A stretch of DNA of 64,000 bases from Chlorokybus atmophyticus (Eukaryota > Plantae > Mesostigma and Chlorokybus algae): positions 247,064 to 311,063 of the forward strand of contig RHPI01000797.1 in assembly GCA_009103225.1 (NCBI GenBank), written 5' to 3'. The notes under the pieces were generated by a model that was not told where the DNA came from, did not search any database, and saw only the letters and a list, made by a program, of their open reading frames with translations. Below, one piece after another: positions 12,001-22,504 of the stretch; the first letter of the stretch is position 1, and every line of letters begins with the position of its first letter. A program made the position numbers and the translations under genes.

Positions 12001-13434
12001 CGTGTCCACGCAACTGCATGCAGCTGGTGTACCTGGAGCGACGGACTGGTGATCTGCACGACACTTCAGTTCCAGAGTGATCCGGCAATGGTGCCGGCAG
12101 GCATGGCGAGCTTTCCCGCCTCCGAGTGGATGGAGATGGTGGTGGTGGTGAATAAGAAGGGCTGCGGGTGGTAAAGGGAGAGAAGTCGGGAGAGAAAGGA
12201 GCAGAGGAAGGAGAGTGTTGATAGGTAGGTGATGTTGGAGGGCTGGAGTGAGGACTGGAGGCGTAAGGCGATGAGGGAGAGTAGTAATGTGGGGTGAGCT
12301 GAGGACTTCCCGGAGAATAGGGTGAGTTCTCCATGGCCTTTTGGGGACTGTACTGAATGCTTCTGGGAGAGTAAGGCGCAGGAGAATGTGGCTCAGCAGA
12401 TGTGGGACCATGCACGGGGGAGTTGCCAGGAGAGCACCAGGGCGGCGTGCTGGGAGTGTAGAGGACGGGACTGTACACCGGACTGTTGGGGGAATGAGCA
12501 CACACCGGGGCGTACTGCTGAGCAGGAGAATGTGGCTCAGCAGGTGCGGGATAATATACAGGGGAATTGCCAGGAGAGCACCAGAGTGGCGTGGTGGGAG
12601 TGTAGAGGACGGGACTGTACACTGGGCTGTTGGGGGATTGAGCACACGCCGGGGAGTACTGCTGATCAGGTAATGTGAGCAAGTTGTGTGGGCTGTGAGT
12701 GAGTCGTGGCGTCTGGGGTGAGGTTTCTGGACTGTGTACGCATGACCACACTGGTCTGTAGGGTGAGCTGTGAGGTTCGTAGCCTGATGGGACAAATCTG
12801 CGCGGCGGACTTTGCGACCTAGATAACGATGGCAGCGGTGAGGATGCCCTGTACTCGGGGGTTCTTGACTTGCTTCGTGACCTGTGGCGCGGCGGTTTAT
12901 GTGCGGCGTATTCCATGCTCGAGTATATGCGCCGCCAGAGGCTAGCTAGCTGCCCGTGCTGATCACTAGGCAAAGGAGACCTTGCTCTACTGCGGTCGCG
13001 AGAAATGGCACGATCTGCTTCGTCATGATGGCTTTTGCGCTGTCGGGAGCGACGTTGCGATGACCTTGATGGTGAAGTCTGCGGCCATAGCAGGCTCATT
13101 ACTAAAACTAGGTAAAAGAGACGCCCGCGCAAACACAGGCAGTTTCAGAGCAAGCAAGCTTTCTCATCGCACAAACACTCGCGTGCAAGCACGCTTGTGT
13201 ACCCGCACGCGCAGGAGCATCATCAAAGAGCGAAGTGTAGAGCAGCAAGACATACGCAGGCTCTCAAATGCTTACACTGTGAAGCCAAACGTAACATTGA
13301 GAACAGCACGCAAGCTGCATGCAATAAACAACACAAGTGCTTGAGTATGCTTTAGAAGCAGCTTTCACATTTACATCCCTAGGAAATGCAATACAGCCAG
13401 TACGTACCTCACGAGCATGGCGACGTTTAGCCAT
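9047..13434 (-). CDS. SRA-YDG domain protein (KYP/SUVH4-type SRA, no SET) with RS-rich, CTD-like YSP-repeat and acidic regions and a C-terminal C4 zinc ribbon; about 997 aa
   Basis: Ten exons join with consistent phases at GT-AG sites: 13434-13408, 13078-12033, 11786-11732, 11655-11249, 11043-10905, 10824-10742, 10638-10499, 10418-10312, 10224-10072 and 9883-9047. SRA motifs are KRIGEVPGIPVGMIFR, AGID, IVMVGQYKNLDEGETVHYMGQ, GGNQAL, PVRLIR, YMYSGLYRV and FKLTRLPDQ. The SRA exons are secure; the link to the upstream exons and the first exon are inferred from splice phases. Confidence 0.8.
12377..12664 (-). repeat. Two tandem 144-bp (48-aa) in-frame coding repeats
   Basis: QQYSPACAQSPNSPVYSPVLYTPTTPLWCSPGNSPVYYPAPAEPHSPA followed by QQYAPVCAHSPNSPVYSPVLYTPSTPPWCSPGNSPVHGPTSAEPHSPA. 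Copies at 12664-12521 and 12520-12377. Confidence 0.95.
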
Positions 13435-14035
13435 TGTTCGACTTGTCTACACAACCACGACCAGGGGTTACAAGTACAACAGCTCTGTTCACAAAGGCAG
13501 CGTTAGCTCTGGCATGCACAAAGGCACAAGTGGCTGTCGTATGAGTACGCTACTGCAGGAGTTGGTTAATGTGTAGTTGCACCGCAGCCACTAGAACTTG
13601 CAAGCAACAATGCTGCCAGTTTAGATAATGCATGCTACGTTTGCGATACGGCAAGCTGCACAGCAAAAAGCTGCAAACCATGGCTGCTGTACTCTAAATT
13701 CATGAGCAACGGCGGCTGTACGGCTTCTGCCTACGAGACATCAGTAAACACGCAGCGGTAGAGCTGAACGACAAACCAAGGCTTTGCTCTCTCCGAACCT
13801 GACTGCAACTCCTCACACTCATGCACTGCAACACAACCAACCGTATGTGCACTCCAGAGGTGCGTGCCAATACAATATCACCAAAACACAACGCCCCACC
13901 TTTGCAAAGCAGACAGGCACCGTCAAATCCTTCACGTCGTTCCAACCCAGCCAGCACCAATCCTTCCGTGTTCAGCACCCCTCCCGCCAGCAACAGCGCC
14001 GTGAGCCCCGCACGACCCCGACCAGCTCGCCGCCA

Positions 14036-14040
<5 letters not shown>

Positions 14041-14070
<30 letters not shown>
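14041..14070 (+). repeat. (GCC)10 microsatellite
   Basis: Direct reading. It lies upstream of the SRA gene start on the minus strand. Confidence 0.95.
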
Positions 14071-14072
<2 letters not shown>

Positions 14073-14700
14073 TGCTGCTGCCCCGACAGACGCCGCTGCA
14101 TGCGCACAAGCACTGGCTGCACTTGCTCAGGACTTTTATTTCCTTACATGCACGAGCATGCAAAGCGACCTGCTCGAGTCAAGCAGTGAGTACCGTAGTA
14201 AGCTAAGCTACATTTGCGGCTGAGTGCGGTCGTGCGCAGGGAGTTGTTGCAAAAAGTCTGGTCAAGCGCAGGTCGCTGTTCAGGTCGCTTCTCGAGAAGT
14301 TATCAGGAGTGTTCAGGCCTTGTTAATAGTTCAGGTTCAAGGTTGATACATTCTTCTCATGTGCTTGGTGCAGGTCAAGTTATATTTAAAATGCACTCCC
14401 CTGCTCGGCTGCTGCAGGTTGTTGTCCGTTGGTGCTGCCATTCCTGCACGCCCTTGCACGCACGTAGTGTAGTGTGGTGGTGGTGTAGCTTGTGGTTGAG
14501 CTAAGCAGTGGCTGTACCCCCCGGCCAAATCTCAATTGTCTGGTATTATGGTTTCTTTACTTGTCAGCCCATGAATTGCTGCATGTCTATAATATTGTAT
14601 GCACATTGAGCGTGGACATTGTAAAAAACATCGTGGTAAAACGTTAACGCAGGCTTTGCTGAACAAGCATGTTATGCGCATGCTTACATACTGCTTGCCC

Positions 14701-15915
14701 TTACGGTCTACCCAATCCTACAGCAATGACAATGAGCCGCGCAAAAGCAAATGCAAGCGAGTACCACGCCATGACATTGGTGTGCAAGAGTTGTGCAATG
14801 TCAAACGCGTAACCTTCCTCGTCTTCGTAAATGAAAGCTGCACGTCCATCGTTAAGCGTCGCCATGACACGGACTACGTGCACTGTGAAGTCCGCGATGT
14901 AGTTATCACCCAGCAAGTGGCCCGCTGCACCATTTGAATGTGGCAAAACTGTGGGACAACCACATGCAAACATGACCAGCAGTCTCACGCGCATGTCGTT
15001 GAATGGCTTGGAAGGCCCACTAGGCATCCATTTCAGAGTTGACAATCCCCAAAGCCTTGCCCAACTCCACTGACTCGCTGGAGCATCGGCATCGAAGCTG
15101 TTCAACAGGCACGCCATCTTGTTGTCTTTGAGCCGCACAACATGCAACATCACACGAATCGCATCAGCCCCGTCGCTGCCCCAACCGCCCCAAACTGGAC
15201 ACCGCTGGCTCATTTGCAAACACAGTCTGAACCAGACAGTGTTGTGACTCAAGCCTTCACTGAGGCCTTTGAGCTGCGAAGCAAACAGGAAAGTGGAGGG
15301 TTGACCCTTTCATTTCAACAAATAGTGGCACTTGTCCCACGAATGACCGGTGTGCCCTTACAGTATATGCAGAGGTGGATCGCACAGTCTGTCCATGCAA
15401 GCGGATGTGAAGGATGTATAGATAAGCGTCCTTTCTCAGCATACTCTGATCAGCATCCACCTCCTCGTTAACAACCAGCAGATTGTTGCAGATTGGCGTC
15501 AAGCGCGAGTGCTCGTACTTTGCAAATAGCTGCTTGTATGTGCAAGTCTCCAATTTGTCATGCACCTACGCGCGCATGTGAGCGAGCTTCTCTTTTACAG
15601 CCATGCATTCATGTATGGACACAGCAACTTCAAAACAACTGTACAAATGACAACCCCCTTAGCAAACATGAGCATATGCGATGTGCCGCATGCAGTGGTG
15701 ATGAACATAAGTATATGCACCTCAGCAGCTGCAGCAAAGCCAGTGTTGGCGCAAAGGGACTTCCAAAGGGAGTCCTCCTGGGCAGCTGCACGCCACGCCC
15801 TGCAGACACATAAGCATGCAGCCAAGTCGCGCAATGAGAGACACGGGAACACGCTTACCGCTAGCAAATCGATCAAGCCTGCAACCTCTGATGCTGCGCG
15901 CTGCTCCGGCAACAT
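14701..15915 (-). CDS. F-box protein with an uncharacterised C-terminal domain, three exons
   Basis: N-terminal F-box motif DLLAVSVFPCLSLRDLAACLCVCRAWRAAAQEDSLWKSLC. Phase-0 joins lead to VHDKLETCTYKQLFAK...YLYILHIRLHG and then LKGLSEGLSHNTVWFRL...VMLHVVRLKDNKMACL. Stop at 14701. Confidence 0.72.
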
Positions 15916-17049
15916 TCTGAAGCCTCTGCAAAGGTTTGACAGGCAAGCGTGTCAACAATGTGGCAGCTTGAGTACCCTACATACGGAATGCTACAAGCAT
16001 GGTTGCAGATGCTAAGCTCTCTCTGCACGCAGATTCCTTACGACAGTGTCTGTTTTCCAAGACGCAGCAACGACACAGAGCTCTTTTCCGCTAGCAACCA
16101 TGAGAACAATACATCATAACTGTGCCGCATAACTTTTTTGCATCTAGAACATAGGTTGGGCATGCGGTGGCACACATGGCATTAGACACGCGGGTGGAGT
16201 TCTGCAGCATGCCCCACGCTCTGTTGAGACACATTCTTCCTTGCTTAACAACACAGATTGCCATTATCAATGCTGCCACAAGCACTGCCGCAAAATGCGA
16301 AGTCGACAGTTATCCCCCCTCAACCAGCGATGAACACTGCAACATTGCTGTCAAAGCACATACACGGCTTGAACGTTAGCAAACAGTTGATCAAGTACAG
16401 AGTCCAGTGAATCCCATTGCAGAAAACACACGCACGCAGGCACGCACTTTCATTATTCAACCACCCACCCGTACCGTTATACATCTCTACCACGGCAGGC
16501 CCGCAAAACAGTGCATCCAGATCATACGTGTTTGCTTACTTGTAAGGCGTGGTGCACTCAGTGGCAGCAACACGCGGAAATGCGCGACCAGCGGTCAATG
16601 TCGTCGCAAGGGCGCTTTTGGCATAGCGTTCGCGTTCGTCTCCTCCTCCTCCATGATATACCCCCTCCTCGTCTGTCTCCGACGCTTCGCCACCGCCTCT
16701 ACTTGCGGCCTCGTGCACAATTTGGGTTGGTGGGTTAATACTGGTGCTGGAATTGAGTGGCTGGTTGGATGCAAGGGGCGGCAGCGGTAGTGCGTCGTGG
16801 CAGGGTAAGCTTGCAGCCTCGCTTGCTGCGCTGTATGCTAGCTGAAACAAGCAGCCATATAGAGTTCTTGCCTTGCTCGCTAGTTCAAGCACTGCTTGCT
16901 TGCTGCCGTGCGTGGCTGCATGCTGGCTGTCTGTGCTGGCTTTGCTAATCGGCAGCTGCTGGGTTGCTTTTGGGATGCTTTGTTATTTGTCTTCTTGTTC
17001 GAGACATTGCCGGAAGCGCAATCCAGAAGCTAGGCTGTAGGAACAGTGC

Positions 17050-18992
17050 ATGGGTTTGGCTTTGTCTAACCTTAGGCTGAAAGAGTGGAAACAGTTGGAG
17101 CGACTTTCTTTCGGTTGTGCTCAGGTGGGAGCCTTGGCTGTCAGGCTGCTGGCACAGGCGCGAGGGCCTGCTCTGTCGGAGCCCTGCAGCCTGAGGAGCA
17201 GCCTGGCAGGCAGCGCGGGGTTGGGGCATGCAGGTGGCGAGCAAACGCAGGCACCCGCCGGCATGAGCAGCGATAACTCCGTGCAGGTGCGCAAACGGCA
17301 CATACGCTGCGCTTCAGTGTGTCACAGATTAGTGTGCAAGTTGCACTTGCCAATTGCAAGTTTACTTTAGGTGTACTTGGTTTGTTGTTCCGTCTGCTCA
17401 TTGTGTATGCTCTCGTTCAACTAGTGGACATGCGTACATAAGTAAGACACGACGCAACATACACAGAGTACAGGCATCTGCGCTTGCGACGTCAACGTGT
17501 GTAAGCATGCGAGTAGTCAATCAGACAGTCAGGCTGTGCACAGTGTCAAAGCTGCTTTGCTCTCTGAACTCAGTGAGTGTATGCTGCATGCATTGACACC
17601 ATGCTTCCCTCAACCATCTGCGCGCATGCGCAGCACCGTCAAGGTGTTGCTATCTCCGTTGAAGGCAACATAGGAGTTGGCAAGTCCACTCTTTTGCGGC
17701 TTGCGCAAGCAAGCAAGGACCTTGGCAGGTACAACTTGTCGTGTTCTGGCTGTAGGCACGTTGCTATCCTGCCACTTTTGCCAACCATCAATGTTGATAT
17801 TGCGAGCAAGTACCTAGTCAAGCGGTGACGCTGACGCGCGAGCTAATCACACTTGTGCGCAGTGCAGTTGTTCTCTGCCCGGAGCCTATCGAGCACTGGC
17901 AGAATGTGAACGGGACAGGGCAAAACATGCTCGATGCTTTCTACAAGGACCCACATAGGTATGTATGTCACTCGCGTGGAGCTGTACCAAGCATGGCAAC
18001 TTTACACACTGTCCAATTTATGCCGAAACGCTTTCTTGTTGCTTTCGTTTTTGGTTTGCCGTCTAATACATGCATCTAACATATATATACAACACTTTGG
18101 GATGCTGGCTTCTGCGCAGGTACTCATACCTGTTTCAAAGCTATGTGTTCATCACGCGTTTCCTGCAGCACCATTCTGCCGCGCAGGCGCACGGCAAGCC
18201 CGGCACAGTGCGCCTGTTAGAACGCAGCGTGTTCACCGACAGAGCTATCTTTCAGGCCGCTGCCGCCGAGACTGGTATGATGACCAAGCTTGAAGTCGCC
18301 GCTTACGACTTCTGGTTTGACTCCGTTGTCTCAGTCCTCCCTAACTTAGTAAGCCACTACGTGTTGCAGCCTGCCTGGCACTGCAACGCTTGCTGGTTTG
18401 TTGTGGTGCATGCAACATGTTAGAGACACCCAACATGCATCCAATGCATATGTCTTATGCAGGTGCCGGATGCTTTTGTGTATATGCGTGCAACACCCTC
18501 AGTATGCCACCAGCGGTTGAAGTCGAGGTAACACGAGGGGGAAAATGTTGTCTACAGTGATCAGCATTGCACATCTAACAATGGTACACGACAGAGCAAG
18601 GAGTGAGGAGGTGGGCGTGACGCTGGATTACCTGCAGCTGATTCACGAGAAGCACGAGCGGTGGTTCGTGCACGGGACGGATCCAGCGCCAAGTCATGGT
18701 GAGAGCAACGAGCACACGCGCACAGCCCCTGCAGGTAGCTGTTAGCTGTTCATGATGCGACGCGTTATTGTGAGTACTTTGTCTCATTGGCTTGTTTGGT
18801 TGTGCAGGAGCCAGAGCCAGCGTGCGTTGGAGGGTGTTGAACGGGGAGCGTTGCCATCCGTTGCTGCACGGAAAGCCAGTGCTGATCATAGACTGCGAAC
18901 CCCACATAGAAGCATTGGATATTGGGTCTGTTGCAGGGGATAGCCTTGTGCACAACATGTCGCAATTTTTTCGTGAAATGAAGCTGGTTTAG
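17050..18992 (+). CDS. dNK: Deoxynucleoside kinase (dNK/TK2-like family) with an N-terminal extension
   Basis: P-loop ISVEGNIGVGKSTLL, PEPIEHWQNV, MLDAFYKDPHRYSYLFQSYVFITR, LLERSVFTDRAIF, PDAFVYMRATPSVCHQRLKSRARSEE, LDYLQLIHEKHERW and PVLIIDC. Confidence 0.92.
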
Positions 18993-19707
18993 CAGCTTGT
19001 GTAGTGGAATCCATGACACATAGGCAAAGACTGTACTACCCACCAGCCACTATCACCACCACCACACGCATTCAGTCCGGCTTACGCAGCTAGGGGTATG
19101 TGGGCAAGAAATAGCACACACCGGATCAGTGCTTAGACACTGCAAGTTGTAAGCCAGCCAGCCAGCAAGCAAGCTACTCAGCCAAGCATGTGTACAGGAT
19201 ATGTGAAGTGCTGTACATACAACGCGGCGTGCACTGACGCATGCATTTCACATGCAAGGAGTGTGCGCGCTGGGCTGTTGAGCGGCTGCAGCAGATTAGA
19301 GCAGCATCACCTATATGCATCGCCGAGTCCTGAGTGTGTTGATAGAGATAATGAGTTAGCAGTGACTTGATGATGGCACAACGACATGACTCTAAGCTCA
19401 GTTCTGAAGCCTGCTTGAGGTGACTGCCAAACTCAGGGCATGTCCCAGTGCCAGCCGTTTCTGTTCGCCACCATGCCGCATGGTTCTACAACAACATCCT
19501 TATTTGGCGGTCTTGCAGCGAATGTCTATCATAAAGTTAACTGTCAGCTCACTGCTGAGGATTGTTCACAACAACTTTGTACCTATTGAATGGGTTCTAC
19601 TCGCATCAGCACGTCTCCAACTCAACTAGACTAACACTACAGTATGGACAGCAAGCAAGCATTAGCTTGATCTACAAAAATGCGTGCATTCCAATACCAA
19701 GCGCTCA

Positions 19708-21113
19708 TCACTTGGCTGGACGCTTTGACTTGGTTGTCTCTTTTTCCTGCGCTTGTAGCAACCGAGCCACCAACTCCTCCTACACACAGATGGAAAATGA
19801 AGTGGATGCAGCACATGCTGGCATACATTGGTGCATTGGTGACATGACGCTACGCTGTTCACCTACAATAATCGATGGGACATGCACTATGAGGGTGGCT
19901 TGCATTGTTGTTCGTTCCTGTGTGTTGCACCGGTGCAAACGTGCATGTGGAGCATACTACTGCTTGAACGCAAGTGCACACGCTAGACACTTGGGCAAAA
20001 GATGGCAGCTTTGCAGCAATAGTGAGTAGTGAGTGCAATAATAACAGATGCACACAGTGTGCTCACCTTCTTCCCACTTCTCCCCAACCCTTTCTCGCGC
20101 AATAAAATCTTCAACTGCTCGACCGTTTTTGCCAGGAGAGTGCGCTCCGTGTGTGACGTGCTGCCGCTACCAGACGCACCTCCTTTCGAACCTGACGCCT
20201 CAGCTGCTGAACAGCAAAAGAACAAGAAGTACACCAACAGTGTAAGCACCCCAATGGATATTGTGACACGCAAATGACATCTGCGCACGCACCTCCTCCA
20301 CGCCCTCGCCCACTATTATGTCGCTTTGCTGCGGGCGCTGCATCGGATGCTTCCGCCGGTCTGCAATGCGATTGAGCCAGTATCACAACCATCAGATGCA
20401 ACAACATGCTGGCAAAAGACAGACACTTGCTGACATACTCCTCCCTTGCATCATGCAACATGCCATGTAGCTTCCTGGAGTAAGAGCACACTAGTGTGGG
20501 GATTTGAGATGCATGCGCGCGAGAGACTGAAACCTTCATGAAAGAGTGTACCGTTTTTCCTTGCTGCTGGCGTCCTTGGCTTGCTTCAGTGTGAGTGCGC
20601 GTATCAAGATATTTGTTTGGTCAGTCGTGATCCGCCCGCTCTCTGCATGCATGAGGCAGAGAGGTCACAAAGAAACGATCCCATACGAGGTGTGGTGTGA
20701 CATTCCACAACAACACTTGCAAAGTGGTGTCTGTCTTGTAATTTGAAGAAAACATGACAGAAACAACGTGCACCTGGTGGCGTAGTGTTATGCTCGCAAA
20801 GGTATGTCTTGGCTGGCACCTGCAGCAGTATTGAGTAAGTAGAACTGGGACCACAAACTGGCAACATCCTGAAAAAGTGCAAGGACAAAGCCAAACAGGA
20901 AGCAACACACCAAGCATTGGTAAGCATGCATGCACCTACACAAACACACACGCTCAAACGCAAATACGGTACGGAAATACAACTGCGAGCGCACGCACAT
21001 ACACACTCTGTCTCGTTCAGCTAGGCTCATTTGCACTGGTTCGCACTTACGTTCAACACTCCTGCCCATTGCGTGAAGTTGCCCTGACTAGGCAAACCCT
21101 CCAGAAACGCCAT
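19708..21113 (-). CDS. DDA1: DET1- and DDB1-associated protein 1 (DDA1) with a C-terminal SAP domain
   Basis: Six phase-consistent exons: MAFLEGLPSQGNFTQ, VPAKTYLCEHNTTPP, ESGRITTDQTNILIRALTLKQ (the DDA1 core), RPAEASDAAPAAKRH, then SAP motif KTVEQLKILLREKGLGRSGKK and EELVARLL. Stop at 19708-19710. Confidence 0.8.
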
Positions 21114-21678
21114 CAATGCACCACCGGCCTACTGGCAGCAGCAACACCAGCAGCTACAGTGCAAACCAGCTGTGAGGGACACTTCAATCAGCACTTCTCA
21201 GGCTAAGAGCCACCCCGTTTCCCTAGAAAGCTGTTGCTTGTGCGGGCACAGCTAGCTGTTCAAGCCCTATGCTCAGACGTGAGCCCAGCCGACGCGGCTT
21301 CAATTGTTTACAGAGTTGTGAGGCAATGCAACCAAGCCAACCAACCAGCCTTGCTTGTCTGCCGCCGCTGTCGTCGACCGAGCGAGCTCACAGACAAGCG
21401 CAACGATGCTGCCGCCCCGCGGTTAAGCTAACCGGAGCAACTTGAGCAATGCGTTGACGTGAGCAGTTGGCCGGTTAACTGGCCTTACAATACCTTAGCC
21501 TGATTAACGCAGAAACCAAGGCGGCGGCGGCGGCGGCGGCGGCGGCAGCGGGTGGTGGTGGTGGCGGGATTGGCGGAGGGAGAAGAGTACAGTAAGAGCA
21601 GGTGAGGTAGGGCAGGAGGAGTGTTCTCACGAGGCTGGAGGCCGGGCGTTGGAACAGACAGGACTCGGGCGGTTCATC

Positions 21679-22504
21679 ATGAGCGGGCGACAAGGTGAGA
21701 AAGGGCGAGAGTGATGATTAGGTCCTGCGCTGAACTGTGCAGAGCAGAAATAAGCTGAGCTTGCGTAGCTGTAGGGTGGTTTTTTTTATAGTTGCGATTG
21801 TCTCTCTTACTCAGGCGGCAAGCTCAAGCCCTTGAAAAAGGAGAAGAAGGATGCCAAGGACTACGACGAGGTGAGCCTTTATGCAGCTGTACTACAAAGC
21901 TGATCACGATGACCGTTGATCGCAAGGATCACAAAGTGAAGTTGCGGTTAATCCTTGGGCCGCTTGCGTAAAGCAGCAAGAGCATGTTTTGGTGTGAAGG
22001 CTGTTTTTGTCATTGTTGTACACACGCATAGCCGTGTCAAGAGGCAGTTGGCATTGCGTTTGTCAGCGCTAAAAAGTAAATAGTTTGTGCCGTAGTGTGC
22101 GTGCGTGTTCTGCGCACATGTTTTGTGTTACACTAGCTTATCTGTGGTTGTATTTGCAGGACGACAAAGCTTTCCTGGCAAAGAAGAAGCAGGAAGAAGC
22201 AGTAAGTCAGCTGTTTGTTGTAGGCTTCATATACACTTCATACGCACATGTGCACATGTACTAGTTCCCAATGCGTGCGCTTGGGCTTGGGCTTATGTGT
22301 ATGTGCATGTGTGCAGGCACACGCACTCACTTATGCGCATGTGCACACGTGCGCACGTGTGCAAAGCAACAACAAAGGTTGCTGCTTTCCTCTGCATTGC
22401 TGACCTTTACTCACCTGCAGGAGCTGAAGAAGCTTAAGGAAGCTGCCAAAACGGGAGCCATCGGAGGAGCAGGCTTGAAAAAGAGTGGTGGCGGCAAGAA
22501 GTAA
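21679..22504 (+). CDS. TMA7: Translation machinery-associated protein 7
   Basis: Four exons give MSGRQGGKLKPLKKEKKDAKDYDEDDKAFLAKKKQEEAELKKLKEAAKTGAIGGAGLKKSGGKK*. Confidence 0.93.

Noticed and set aside
11900-13132. YSP-rich ORF as the C-terminus of RPB1 (RNA polymerase II largest subunit)
   Set aside because: No polymerase domains are nearby, the repeats are irregular, and splice phases link it downstream to the SRA exons.
13821-14330. Possible plus-strand gene with weak resemblance to BORCS6/ORG4 (ALAQDFYFLTCTSMQSDLLESSS..GQAQVAVQVASREVIR)
   Set aside because: It needs implausibly short introns (about 25 and 42 nt) or weak sites, and no matching C-terminus was found. The GC-rich (GCC)n region is more simply a promoter or 5' leader of the SRA gene.
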